DNA from: a bacterium
Lineage (GTDB): Bacteria > UBA8248
Length of the DNA: 64,000 nucleotides
NCBI GenBank assembly: GCA_965200245.1
Contig: CBDATS010000002.1
Location: forward strand, 64,001 to 128,000
Reading direction: 5' to 3'
Below, piece by piece: positions 41,370 through 51,940 of this stretch (position 1 is its first letter; each line of letters begins with the position of its first letter). The position numbers were made by a program, and so were the translations under genes. The notes under the pieces are model-generated. The model worked only from the letters and a program-made list of their open reading frames with translations, searched no databases and was not told where the DNA came from.

Positions 41370-41536
41370 ATAAATCTCCAATTTGGAAATGAAAACGGTT
41401 TCCCGAAAAGAAAAACACGGCATAATGAACATTTGGAAGCCGGTTGACAAGGCGCTTCCCAGCCTTGACGCTCGGATGCGCTTGGGCGTAGCGTTGTAGC
41501 GGAAAAATTTCAGGACACCATCCTTATGGAGATTTT

Positions 41537-42906
41537 ATGCCGCAGCCAACTGACACCCCCAAGCTAGCCGACGCCTACGCCGAATCCCTGCCCGCCTCGC
41601 GTGCCCTCTACGAGCGGGCACAAGAGGTCTTCCCCGACGGGGTGACACACGACAACCGCAGGATGCAGCCGTTTCCCATCTACGTCGAGCGTGCCGAGGG
41701 CGCACACAAGTGGGATGTGGACGGTAACCGCTACATCGACTACTGGATGGGCCACGGCGCGCTTCTCCATGGACACAACCCGCCTCACATCCGGGATGCC
41801 GTGAGCGAGGCCGTTCTCAAGGGTTCACATTACGGGGCGAGCCACGGGCCGGAGGTGGAATGGGGTGAATGGGTGCAACGCCTCGTGCCCTGCGCCGAGC
41901 GGGTGCGCTTTACCGCTTCGGGAACCGAGGCCACCCACATGGCACTCCGGCTCGCGCGCGCCTTCACAGGCCGGAAACGCGTTGTCAAGTTCGCAGGCCA
42001 TTTCCACGGCTGGCACGAGGGACTCGAAATCGGCGTACGCGCCCCTACACGAATGCGCCCGAAGCGGGACAACTGGAAGTGGTGACGGACCTGGTCACCG
42101 TCTGCCCGCCGGACGACACCGAAGCCGTCCGGGAGGCACTCGCACCGGGCGAGGTCGCTGCGCTCATCCTGGAGCCGACCGGCGGACATTTCGGCACTAT
42201 CCCGATGAGACAGGATTTCGTTGCCGCGCTCAGGGAAGAGACGGAAAAGTCGGGCACACTCCTCGTTTTCGATGAGGTGGTAACCGGCTTTCGCGTCGCG
42301 CCGGGCGGCGCGCAGGCGCATTTCTGTGTAACGCCCGATCTGGCGAGCCTCGCCAAGATACTCGCAGGCGGCCTGCCGGGGGGAGCCGTCGTGGGACGGG
42401 CTGACGTGCTCGAGTATCTCGCCACCAAGCCGGATCCCGAGGTGAACCGCCACACGAAAATCCCCCATCACGGTACCTTCAACGCGAACCCCATATCTGC
42501 GGCCGCAGGCGTCGCCATGCTCTCGACCCTGAGGGATGGCCGGATAACCGAAGAGGTGAACACGCAGGCGCATAAACTCAGATGCGGGATGAACGAGATT
42601 CTCGCGCGAGAAGCCGTGGCCTGGCGGGTGTATGGCGAATACAGCGACTGGAAAATATTCTTCGACGCCGATGTCCCGCCGAAAGACGGAGAGGATCAGG
42701 ATGTAGGCGGAATCGACTGGCGGCGCCTCGATTCCAAAAACGCGCAGAAAAGCCGGGCACTCAGACAATCGCTGATCCTCCACGGTGTAGATTTCAACGG
42801 CGCGCGCGCTTTGGTGGGAACATGTCACACGGACGACGTAATCGAGGAAACTCTTGCCGCCTTCCGGGCGGGCGTCCGGACCATGAAGGAAGAAGGCATC
42901 GCCTAG
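41537..42906 (+). CDS. Class III aminotransferase (GSA aminomutase-like) with a single-base frameshift
   Basis: WDVDGNRYIDY, SGTEAT, HFHGWHE, then ILEP, FDEVVTGFR, AKILAGGLP and GTFNANP. One C is missing in C4 at 42042-42045. Confidence 0.8.
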
Positions 42907-42952
42907 AGATTTTTCCAACAGACGCATCAAACCCCATGTAGGAGAGTTACAC

Positions 42953-44203
42953 TTGTACAGCGCGCTGAAAGGCCTATTGAGCTTCGAATCCGGACGCATC
43001 GTGGACGACATGGAACATCCTTTCACCTGCCCTGAAACGGGCGGGAACCTGCAGGGCAGCTACGACTTCGAGTGGATAAGGGCGAACGTGGACAGGGACG
43101 AAATCGCTCGCAGACCACAGGGAATCTGGCGCTGGCGCGAACTTCTGCCCGTGCGGGACGAGAAGAACGTGGTATCGCTTGTGGAGGGCGACACCCCTCT
43201 CATCCACGCGGAGAGGCTCGGGAAGGCGATCGGGTACAGGAACCTCTACATTCTGGATGAATCGAGAAACCCTACGGGATCGTTCAAGGACAGGGGCGGA
43301 TCGGTCACTATCAGCAAATGCAGGGAAGTAGGGATAGACCGCATCGTGCTGCCTTCATCGGGCAACGCCGCCGCCTGTTTCAGTGCCTATTGTGCGCGGG
43401 GAGGTATCGAGTTCATCGGCTTCGTGCGCGATGACAGTTCGGCGGTCCATTGCCTGCAAGTCGGGGCATACGGAGCATTCACGCTCATCGTCGAGGGCGA
43501 TCAGGGCGTGGGCGGGTGCTTCGCCGAAGAAGTCTCGAAAGAACTCGGCTGCCTGCACGCCACCCTGCCCCGGAATCTCTACAGAATCGAGGGCAAAAAG
43601 ACGGCAGCTTTCGAGATTGCGGAAAAACTCGGCTGGCGCGCTCCGGATCGCGTCGTCTGCCCCACGGCGGGTGGCACCATGGCGCTCGCGATGGATCAGG
43701 GTTTCCGAGAACTTCTGGCCTTGGGATGGATAGACAGCATGCCGGCCATCGACATCGTGCAGCCAGAAGGATGTGCGCCCATCGTCCGGGCACTGCGCAC
43801 GGGCGGAAAGGTGGAGCCATGGGGCGAAGTGCGCACGAAATCCGCCGGCCTCACGAGTCCTTCGCCGGGTGCGGGCGAACGCGTGTCCGAAGTTGTTCGG
43901 AAATCAGAGGGTCACGGCATCATCGTGAGCGACGCGATGAACCTAGAAGCCGAATTCCAGATTGCCGGACGCGAGGGACTTTTCCTGCAGCCCGCCTCTG
44001 CGGCGTCCGTCGCGAGCCTGATGGAAGGCGCCGAGCGTCCCGGAAAACCCGAAGCCGACGAGGTAATCGTCTGCATCGGCACGGGTACGGGCAAGAACGC
44101 AACGGAAGTGGCGAGCGAGTCGCTCGGCAGGCCGGGGCGCATTCCACCCGACATCAAGGCCTTCAAGCAAGCGCGCACCGCCTGGCGGGGCAACGGTTCC
44201 TGA
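42953..44203 (+). CDS. Threonine synthase-like PLP enzyme
   Basis: GIWRWRELLP, EGDTPL, NPTGSFKDRG, SSGNAA, EGKKT and TGTG motifs. Confidence 0.85.
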   Translation: MYSALKGLLSFESGRIVDDMEHPFTCPETGGNLQGSYDFEWIRANVDRDEIARRPQGIWRWRELLPVRDEKNVVSLVEGDTPLIHAERLGKAIGYRNLYILDESRNPTGSFKDRGGSVTISKCREVGIDRIVLPSSGNAAACFSAYCARGGIEFIGFVRDDSSAVHCLQVGAYGAFTLIVEGDQGVGGCFAEEVSKELGCLHATLPRNLYRIEGKKTAAFEIAEKLGWRAPDRVVCPTAGGTMALAMDQGFRELLALGWIDSMPAIDIVQPEGCAPIVRALRTGGKVEPWGEVRTKSAGLTSPSPGAGERVSEVVRKSEGHGIIVSDAMNLEAEFQIAGREGLFLQPASAASVASLMEGAERPGKPEADEVIVCIGTGTGKNATEVASESLGRPGRIPPDIKAFKQARTAWRGNGS

Positions 44204-44482
44204 GGCTGTACGTCTGTGCGAATGCAATCCTGACAAACGACACAACACCTGCTGATGCCGGAGAACACTCCGGTTCTTAATAGTACAGGTTCGACTCCAC
44301 GCGATTTTTATACAGGCGAAAATCTTTCCTCCTCCCGTATTATGATAATGTTCCACTTCATCATATAAAGCATAAATATATGTTAATAAGTGCATTACAT
44401 GGATGTCAAAAAATATCCTTTACTTTCGTATTATTTTTGTATACCTTTTTCTCTCACGTCAATTCACACAGGGAGAATAACC

Positions 44483-45727
44483 ATGGTAACGGAAAAAATC
44501 CTCCACAAGCTGACCATTCTCGGCGGACAATCCTTCGACGACAGGGAGGGCCCGCCCGGGGTGCGGAAACATCCCGTATTTCGCCGAAAATTCCTGGCCT
44601 CGGATACCCCTGCGATATTTCCCGTCCCTTTCAAGGGTGGACGCATCATGCCACTTCTCTCCACCATGATGACCAACGCCTGTAGCTACGACTGCCACTA
44701 CTGTCCAATGCGGGCCTCGCGCAACATGCCGCGCCACTCCTTCAGCCCCGATGAGTTGGCCGATACCTTCATGGCCCTCAAGAAGAGAAACCGTGCAGAG
44801 GGGCTGTTCCTCACCAGCGGTATTCCGGGCAGCGGCGTCAGGGGCGCGGACAGGATGATAGCGACGGCGGAAATTCTGCGCTTCAAGTATCGTTTCAGCG
44901 GCTACATTCACCTGAAAATGCTGCCCGGTGCAGAGGATTCCCAGCTCAGCCGTGCCGCACAGATAGCCACGAGGCTCTCCGTAAACCTCGAAGCCGCCAC
45001 CCAGCGAGGACTTCACGCCTTAGCACCCGAGAAAAGGCTGGAAACCGACCTGAAACGCGCCCTTCGCTATGTGGGGAGGATGGCGCGCGAGTCATTTTTC
45101 GAGAGAACAGGCCTCATCAAAGGCGGCGTGACGACACAGTTCATCGTGGGCGCAAGCGGGGAGAGCGATATGGACGTCCTGACTGCCTCCCATTCCCTCC
45201 AGAAGCAGGGTCTCTTGCGCCATACTCATTTCAGTGCCTTCAAGCCCGTGGAGGACACCCCGATGGACGGCGTGCCCTCAGTCTCCAAGACGCGCGAGCA
45301 CAGACTGTATCAGGCGGAGCACCTCCTTCGCGAATATGAATTCGGGCTGGATGAGATTCCCGCTTCAAATGGCAATCTGGCGCTTGATGAAGACCCCAAA
45401 GCGATGTGGGCGAGGCAGAACCTCTCACAGTTCCCGGTGGAGATCATGACTGCGGACCCCAGAATGCTCATGCGCGTACCGGGCATCGGACCCACTTGGG
45501 CGAAACGCCTGGTAGAGGTCAGGAAAAAAGCGCACATACGCGATCTCAGGGATTTGATGCGCCTGGGCCGCATCCGCAAATCGGCGGCTGGCTGGCTCAT
45601 GCTACACGGCAAGCGTCTCGGCCCCGAACCCGTACTGGCCACGCAGATGAGCCTCGGACTGCAGCACAGGGGCAAAAGGTGGGTTCATCCTTCGATGCGA
45701 ATGCTGCCACCGTGTTCCTTTCGTTGA
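44483..45727 (+). CDS. Putative DNA modification/repair radical SAM protein with HhH motif (TIGR03916-like)
   Basis: CSYDCHYC, EGLFLTSG, GYIHLK, RLSVNLE, TQFIVGA, REHRLYQA and RVPGIG motifs. Confidence 0.85.
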   Translation: MVTEKILHKLTILGGQSFDDREGPPGVRKHPVFRRKFLASDTPAIFPVPFKGGRIMPLLSTMMTNACSYDCHYCPMRASRNMPRHSFSPDELADTFMALKKRNRAEGLFLTSGIPGSGVRGADRMIATAEILRFKYRFSGYIHLKMLPGAEDSQLSRAAQIATRLSVNLEAATQRGLHALAPEKRLETDLKRALRYVGRMARESFFERTGLIKGGVTTQFIVGASGESDMDVLTASHSLQKQGLLRHTHFSAFKPVEDTPMDGVPSVSKTREHRLYQAEHLLREYEFGLDEIPASNGNLALDEDPKAMWARQNLSQFPVEIMTADPRMLMRVPGIGPTWAKRLVEVRKKAHIRDLRDLMRLGRIRKSAAGWLMLHGKRLGPEPVLATQMSLGLQHRGKRWVHPSMRMLPPCSFR

Positions 45728-45849
45728 TGAGGTATCCAAAACAGGGAGATGAATCGTGCCGCCTGCTTGACGCGAAAAAATGATGGGACTACTCTTCCCG
45801 TCTCTCGTCATCGCACCCGTAAACGCGATGATTACAAGAACCGCTTCAT

Positions 45850-45924
45850 GGCCCCTTCGTCTAGCGGTCAGGACACCGGCCTCTCACGCCGGCAACAGGG
45901 GTTCGAGTCCCCTAGGGGTCACCA
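45850..45924 (+). tRNA. tRNA-Glu (anticodon CTC)
   Basis: Acceptor GGCCCCT/AGGGGTC-A-CCA, anticodon arm CCGGC-CTCTCAC-GCCGG, T-loop GTTCGAGTC. Confidence 0.95.
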
Positions 45925-45962
45925 GGCTACGAAACTTTCCGGCAACCGGCTCGAACTCCGCC

Positions 45963-46607
45963 TCACCCCCAAGTGTTCACATGCACAATCTCGTCGAGCG
46001 GACGACGCACAGCGGGCTTGAAGTTCGTTCCCAGCTTGTAGGCCACCGGAATCAGCGCCACCTGCATGAAATCATCCGGCACGCCGAGAATCTCCGCGGC
46101 CTCGGCCTCGCAGCGCAGGTGCAACGTGGTGAACACGGAACCAAGACCTCGTGAGCGCAGTGCCAGCTGGAAACTCCACACGGCCGGCATGATGGAACCC
46201 AGCAGACCCGCCCACATGAATCTCGGCGGGCTTTCGGGCAGGAAATTCTGGATACAGGGAATCACTTGCACGGGGGCGTGCTCGATGTTCTCGGCCAGAT
46301 AGATGGCGGAATCGAACACCCGCTCGTCCTGCGTGGCCCCGCTCTCGCGCGCCTGCGCCAGACCCTGCGCAAGATATTCGTCTCCCCCCTTTCGGTAGAG
46401 CCGTCCGAGTTCTCGGCGTTTTTCCTCATCCGTCACCACGAGCCAGCGCCAGCCCTGCCGGTTCGAACCCGTAGGAGCCTGCAGGCCGAGTTCAAGACAA
46501 TCCAACACAACCTGCGTCGGCACTTCACGGGTGAAATCGAGGCGCTTGCGTACCGAACGCGTGGTGGAGAGAAGCTTGTCGGTCATTTCGAGGTCAAAAT
46601 CGGCCAT
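45963..46607 (-). CDS. Nitroreductase family protein
   Basis: LLSTTRSVRKRLD, QAPTGSNRQGW and LALRSRGLGS motifs. GGAGG RBS. Confidence 0.9.
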   Translation of the reverse strand: MADFDLEMTDKLLSTTRSVRKRLDFTREVPTQVVLDCLELGLQAPTGSNRQGWRWLVVTDEEKRRELGRLYRKGGDEYLAQGLAQARESGATQDERVFDSAIYLAENIEHAPVQVIPCIQNFLPESPPRFMWAGLLGSIMPAVWSFQLALRSRGLGSVFTTLHLRCEAEAAEILGVPDDFMQVALIPVAYKLGTNFKPAVRRPLDEIVHVNTWG

Positions 46608-46765
46608 GCGGCCCTCCTTTCAGATGCAGGTCTCGTTTGTTACAAGCGGGATACGGCATGGTACCAGAACTGAAAACTCCGCGTAACACACATGCGCGCC
46701 GGTTCCCAAGATTTCAGGGCTTGCCTATAATCATCCAAAGATTCCATCACCAAAGCGAGGAAACC

Positions 46766-47449
46766 ATGAATAGTCAAGCGCAACAAGCAAGCAGAATCCG
46801 GTTGCTCGACCCCGATGAGGCGGCGGGCGATACGGCGCGTTTTTTCGAGGCGACGCGCGAGTTTCTCGGCCGCATCCCCAATTCCGCGCTTGCGATGGCG
46901 AACACGCCCTACATCGCGCGCTTCTACCTCCCCTTCAACGCCACGCTCCAGCGCGAGGGCATGGGCGGGTTACTCACGTGCAAGATCAAGGAGATCGTGG
47001 TCCTGAAGACGAGCTTCGTGAATTCGTGCGCCTACTGAATCGCTCACAACACGGCGCTTGGTCAAGCAACGGGAATCACTGATGAGCAAATCGAGGCCAT
47101 CGCCTCGGACGATTACATGACCTCCCCGGTTTTAAGCCCGCGCGAGCGTGCCGCCTGCCTGTGGGCGGAGCACTTTACGAAAAATACCGCACGCGAGAAC
47201 CCGGGCGTGCTCGAAGAGGTAAAAAAACACTTCACCGACGGGGAGATCGTCGAAATGTCGCTCATGAGCGGCAAACAGGGCATGATGAACCGCTTCATGG
47301 ACTCGTTCGGCATCCCTATCGAGGACGAGGGCGAGGTGAACAAGATTAAAAAATCCGTGCGCGGAAATCCTGACAAGATGAAAGCCTACCTACAGGCGCT
47401 CATCGACAACTGGCCCGAGGACTTTCCAGAACCCAGCCCGGATGATTAG
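46766..47449 (+). CDS. AhpD/carboxymuconolactone decarboxylase family selenoprotein (CxxU), 227 aa with Sec at TGA 47036-47038
   Basis: KEIVVLKTSFVNSCAY-TGA-IAHN..GITDEQI..LSPRERAA..HFTDGEIVE..MNRF continues in frame. TGA sits at the second Cys of CxYCxxH. Confidence 0.85.
47039..47075 (+). promoter_or_regulatory. Bacterial SECIS-like hairpin
   Basis: GCTT-GGTC-AAGC stem-loop. The GGUC loop starts after 21 intervening nt from the UGA, resembling the GGUC apical loop of E. coli fdhF SECIS. Confidence 0.65.
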
Positions 47450-47762
47450 AAGCGCCTGTGGCGGGCGGAGGCCGCCGCACGCACAGAAGTGACATTCAAG
47501 CTTACGCGCCTCTTGCTACAGGTGCCCTCTCCTCACGGATCGAACCATCTCTTGAGTTGCGCGCAGAAGGTCACGACGCCGGCGAGTCCCACGGACGGAA
47601 CACTAACCTGCGCTTGCACCTGGAATGGCAGTTACGGCATGCCTGTCCTGGCAGTTATTCGTCCTGAAATGGGACAACCATGGGGGACATCCCTTCAAAT
47701 ACGGACACGGCGGCAGGACGGATCCGAAAATGCCAACCTACGAGGGATTGCACAGCGCTTTT

Positions 47763-48692
47763 TCAACATCTATTCATGGCCTCATGGCCGAGGCCGAGTA
47801 TCCATCCTTCTTCCGTCCTGACGATTCGCCGCTCGTCGAGATTGAGATAAGGAGCACCCTCGAACAAGGGGCCTAGACGGCCCAATGCGTCGAGCCACGC
47901 GAAAGCCTCCGCATTCACGCGAACCTGAGCGGCGTCGAGTATCTCACCCACATTCTGTCGCTTTTCGATCTCTATCCTGAGGAGGGAGGGATAGATTTCA
48001 CAAATCACGGCGGACCCTTCCCCTTCTGGCACTTCGGGCACGCAGAGACCGGTATCGAAGGGCCAGACGGCGAGGCGGCGTTCTTTGAGGAGCGAATGCT
48101 CGACGAGGCGCTTGAGAGCGGGAATGCCCAGGAGTGTCTGCGAACCGACGGAACCTGCGTAGAACAGTTGCCACACGCTCTTGGCGCCTTTGGCTTTATG
48201 ATCGGCGATTCGCCATTCGCAGGGATGCCCCTTCTCGTTCGTACGGTCTGAGGCGTTTGTCGGCACGTTGGGGTAATTCTGTTCTTTCGGGCGCCCCCAA
48301 AAGGGACCAGTCCCCGGATAAGTTTCGTTGATCTTCGCTGCGACCTCGAAGCGGTTGTTCTTATTTTTAGAGTTGTCACAGATATGGAGCTTCAACCAAT
48401 CCCAAAGTGCAAAGGCCGAATCCTCGCCCGTCAGGTGCTTCGCAACTCCGGCGGGATATCCGAAGGGAAAATCGAAGCCTATCAATACCCGCCGGTCAGC
48501 GTCGAGTTCCTTTGAGATAAGGCAGGCGAGCCGCTCCACAGCATCATGTCGGGTGCGGGCGTAAGCGAGTTCTACCACGCCGTCCCTGGCGGCGGCCCAG
48601 CAGATGGCGTCTTCCGTATAACCCTCGGAGCTCGGCGACGAACGTGCCGACCAGTCGACCATGACGTATGTGTCGAAGATGTTCTCGGGCAA
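47763..48692 (-). CDS. Predicted RNase H-fold protein (DUF429-like), function unknown
   Basis: VDWSA, IGFDFPFGYP, GSVGSQ, VWPF, CEIYPS and EEGWILG motifs. Confidence 0.6.
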   Translation of the reverse strand: MPENIFDTYVMVDWSARSSPSSEGYTEDAICWAAARDGVVELAYARTRHDAVERLACLISKELDADRRVLIGFDFPFGYPAGVAKHLTGEDSAFALWDWLKLHICDNSKNKNNRFEVAAKINETYPGTGPFWGRPKEQNYPNVPTNASDRTNEKGHPCEWRIADHKAKGAKSVWQLFYAGSVGSQTLLGIPALKRLVEHSLLKERRLAVWPFDTGLCVPEVPEGEGSAVICEIYPSLLRIEIEKRQNVGEILDAAQVRVNAEAFAWLDALGRLGPLFEGAPYLNLDERRIVRTEEGWILGLGHEAMNRC

Positions 48693-48755
48693 GCGGTACT
48701 CCTCCTAAAAACGGATTGTCCTCACGAGAGGAACCCTGTGTCAGACGACCTCACA

Positions 48756-49931
48756 CTAGCCGCAGAGTTTCTCCTGGAGCCAGTCAAACATGTAGGTCGC
48801 GCCGATGGCGTAGTTGTCGCGCTGGCAGTGCTGGGAGCCGCCCTCCTCCACGGTGAAGACCTTGAGCGTCTTGTCTTCGGAACCCACGGCGTCGTAGAGG
48901 GCCTGCGCGTCTTCGAGTGGAATCTGCTTGTCGTCCTCCCCGTGCGTGACGAGGAAGGGACACCGCATCTTCTGCACCACTCCGTCGAGCCGGAAGCCCT
49001 CGAGCTTGACCAGGGCGTCGTCGAGCGAATCCGCGTTCAGTATCCACTGGATGTGATGGCCCGGAACGGAAAGTTCTGCCTTGAAGGAAGCTTCGATGCG
49101 CTTTTTCCAGGTGGCATGGTAGTCCCATATCGCCCCCCATGCCAGACACGCCTTGCAGCGGTCTTCCATGCTGGCGATGCGCGGCGCATAGTAACCGCCC
49201 AGGCTGATGGCCATGACACCCGCGCGGTTCACATCCACATCGTCTCTGGTTTCGAGGTAATCGAGTGCGGCCGAGCCCGCGACCTCGTAGTCGGGTCGCA
49301 GGTAGATTTCGCGCAGCCGGATGGCCTCGCCCGTGCCGGGGCCGTCCATGATCAGGCAGCTCATGCCCCGGCGAACGAGGTCTTCCACGCCGCGCGTGAA
49401 CTGAAGCTCCTTGGTGACGTCGAGTCCGTCGAAGAAGATCACCACAGGTGGTCTGCTCTCCTCGGTGTTCTCTGCGTGCACGAAATAGCCCGGCAGGTGC
49501 TTTCCACCCTCGAAGGGAACCTCCACGGCCTCGATTCGGGGCCTGTCCGTCAGGCGCACGAAACGGCGGAACACGTCGAGCGATTTCTCGAATGTGGCGA
49601 TGGCTCGTTCGTCCTTGGGTGTCCGGAAACGCTCGCCCATCTGGTAGTAGCAGGTGGCACGCTTGTAGTGGGAGGCGGCGGAGAGATATCTGTTCGTCTC
49701 CTCGGCAGCACGCCCCAGATCGCGCACGATGTCGCCCATGCGATCCCACTCGTCGAACCAAAGGTCGTCGTCACCGAGCTTCCTGTAGAGGCGGCGGCAA
49801 ACCTTGTCGACTTCGCCGATCTCCGTCCCGCCCCATTGCGCACTGGACACCATGCCGCAGATGGCGGCCGACCAGCGGTAGTCTTCGGGAAAATACGTGA
49901 ACCAGTTCGTGTTCGCGGGTGCTTCCGCCAT
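48756..49931 (-). CDS. Alpha/beta hydrolase (FrsA / 2,6-dihydroxypseudooxynicotine hydrolase-like)
   Basis: VPFEG..LPGYF, DGLD..KE, DGPGTGE, AISLGG nucleophile, HGEDD and HCQ motifs. Confidence 0.8.
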   Translation of the reverse strand: MAEAPANTNWFTYFPEDYRWSAAICGMVSSAQWGGTEIGEVDKVCRRLYRKLGDDDLWFDEWDRMGDIVRDLGRAAEETNRYLSAASHYKRATCYYQMGERFRTPKDERAIATFEKSLDVFRRFVRLTDRPRIEAVEVPFEGGKHLPGYFVHAENTEESRPPVVIFFDGLDVTKELQFTRGVEDLVRRGMSCLIMDGPGTGEAIRLREIYLRPDYEVAGSAALDYLETRDDVDVNRAGVMAISLGGYYAPRIASMEDRCKACLAWGAIWDYHATWKKRIEASFKAELSVPGHHIQWILNADSLDDALVKLEGFRLDGVVQKMRCPFLVTHGEDDKQIPLEDAQALYDAVGSEDKTLKVFTVEEGGSQHCQRDNYAIGATYMFDWLQEKLCG

Positions 49932-50110
49932 GAAGAGCCTCCTTTGGACCGCATCCATATCGCACCAGATCACATGAACGCCCAGCCCTGCGAGTCGCGC
50001 GAATGCGGGTTATCGGGTTGAATGTAAACGGTGGGGATCATATCTTTGTTCCGAGCCGATAATCAAACTGATGAGCGGATTGCGGGCGTCCCGAGAATGA
50101 GGAATGTGCG

Positions 50111-51469
50111 ATGAGCGAAAGGAAAGACTTCGGAGCCATACTGGACTATATCGACGCGAACGCGGAGCGTTTCGTGGCCGATTTACAGGAGCTATGTCGC
50201 CAGCCGAGCATCTCCACAACCAACGTCGGAATAAGGGAGATGGCGGCCCTGCTCGAATCCCGCGTGGCGCGCTCAGGCCTTGAGACGACGCTTCACGAGA
50301 CCGGAGGCAACCCGATTCTCACCGCCCATCTCGCGGGCAAGGGCGACAAGACGCTTCTCTTCTACAACCATTACGACGTGCAGCCTGCCGAGCCGCTTTC
50401 TGAATGGAACACCCCGCCCTTCGACGCCCAAGTGGTGGATGGCGCCATCATCGCGCGGGGTGCGACGGACAACAAGGGCAACATCATGAGTCGCCTCGCG
50501 GCGTTCGAGGCGTTTCTCGCGGTGCGGGGAGAACTCCCCTGCACGGTCAAGTACATCATCGAGGGCGAAGAGGAGGTGGGAAGCCCATCACTCGAACCCT
50601 TCGTCATCGAAAATGCGGATTTACTCTCTGCAGACGGCTGCGTATGGGAGGACAACACCACGCGGGTGGACATCCCCGTCCTGTCGCTCGGCAACAAGGG
50701 GCTTTGCTACATGGAACTCACCTGCCGGACGGCGAACGTGGACTTCCACAGTTCGAACGCACAGATATACGAAAACGCCGCCTGGCGGATGACCTGGGCA
50801 CTCTCGACCATGAAGGATCGAGACGAAAACGTGCTCGTGGATGGATTCTATGACGATGTGCTGCCCGTCAATGAAATCGAGGACAGTCTCATACGGCGTA
50901 TCAGGCCCTACAACGGGGCCGAGCGCATCGAGAAGTTCGAACTTCGCAGGTTCCTCCTCGACATGAAAGATGAGGACCTCCCCCGCCGTCACCTCGCGAA
51001 CCCCACCTTCAACATCGCAGGCTTTGACGGTGGCTACACCGGTGATGGGGTGAAAACCATCGTTTCGGCCCGCGCGCGCGCCAAGGTGGACTGCCGCCTC
51101 GTACCGAACCAGGATCCTTTCAGGATTCGCGATTGCGTGCGCGCACACCTTGACAAGCACGGCTTCGGGGATATCGGCGTAGAGCTTCTCTTCACCTCCT
51201 GCCCGGCGAAGAGCGACCCCGAGGCCGATATCGTCAAGGCCTGCAACGCAGCGGCACAGAGGCTCTACAGGCAGGACGCCATCATCAATCCCTTCGGTAA
51301 CGGCAGCACGCCGACCTGGATCGTCTTGAAACATTTGGGCATCCCGCTCTCCTCCACAGGGGTGGGCCGCATCACCTCGCGAACGCACAGCGCGAACGAG
51401 AACCTCAAGATCGAGGACCTGATCGACGGGGCCAAGTGGATGGCCGCTATCTGCGAGGAGTTCAGCTGA
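50111..51469 (+). CDS. M20/M25/M40 metallo-hydrolase
   Basis: YNHYDVQP, RGATDNKG, EGEEEVGS and HSANE motifs. Confidence 0.9.
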   Translation: MSERKDFGAILDYIDANAERFVADLQELCRQPSISTTNVGIREMAALLESRVARSGLETTLHETGGNPILTAHLAGKGDKTLLFYNHYDVQPAEPLSEWNTPPFDAQVVDGAIIARGATDNKGNIMSRLAAFEAFLAVRGELPCTVKYIIEGEEEVGSPSLEPFVIENADLLSADGCVWEDNTTRVDIPVLSLGNKGLCYMELTCRTANVDFHSSNAQIYENAAWRMTWALSTMKDRDENVLVDGFYDDVLPVNEIEDSLIRRIRPYNGAERIEKFELRRFLLDMKDEDLPRRHLANPTFNIAGFDGGYTGDGVKTIVSARARAKVDCRLVPNQDPFRIRDCVRAHLDKHGFGDIGVELLFTSCPAKSDPEADIVKACNAAAQRLYRQDAIINPFGNGSTPTWIVLKHLGIPLSSTGVGRITSRTHSANENLKIEDLIDGAKWMAAICEEFS

Positions 51470-51544
51470 CAGTAAAGAGTTCATGCGGGCCGCGTTCGCG
51501 CGTCCGTTTTCATTGCGATGGCATCACGCCCACAGGAGAAGAAG

Positions 51545-51940
51545 ATGCATGTTTTCGATCTGGAAAAGGAAAAGGAGTTCAGCAGCGTAAAGCACGTGGA
51601 GAAAATCCTGGGCCGTTTCGAGGAAGGTGACGTGACGGTGGCCTGTTGGGAACCCGGTCAGGTAAGTCCCTACCACTGCCACCCCTACGCGACGGAGATT
51701 TACTTCTGCTACAAGGGCGGCGGCAGAATGAAGACCCCCACCGGCGAGGTCGACGTCATACCCGGCTCTTTCATCGTCCATCCCCCGGGCGAACTTCACG
51801 AGTACACGAACGGCTCGGAACGCACGCTCCTCTACCGGGTGCGCTACGGAGGTGACAAGGTTTCGCGCCACAAGGAATGGCCCACCAACCCGAACTGGAA
51901 AGCCAGGCCCGAGGACGAAGAGTATTTCAAGGGCGAGTAA
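51545..51940 (+). CDS. Cupin domain protein
   Basis: PYHCHP..EIY and HPPGELHEY metal motifs. Confidence 0.8.
   Translation: MHVFDLEKEKEFSSVKHVEKILGRFEEGDVTVACWEPGQVSPYHCHPYATEIYFCYKGGGRMKTPTGEVDVIPGSFIVHPPGELHEYTNGSERTLLYRVRYGGDKVSRHKEWPTNPNWKARPEDEEYFKGE

Noticed and set aside
44284-44305. GGTTCGACTCC resembling a tRNA T-loop or att site
   Set aside because: Flanks do not form a T-stem or cloverleaf and do not match the tRNA-Glu 3' end.
45850-45924. tRNA-Glu as the integration site of an island
   Set aside because: No integrase and no duplicated tRNA 3' end found in the window.
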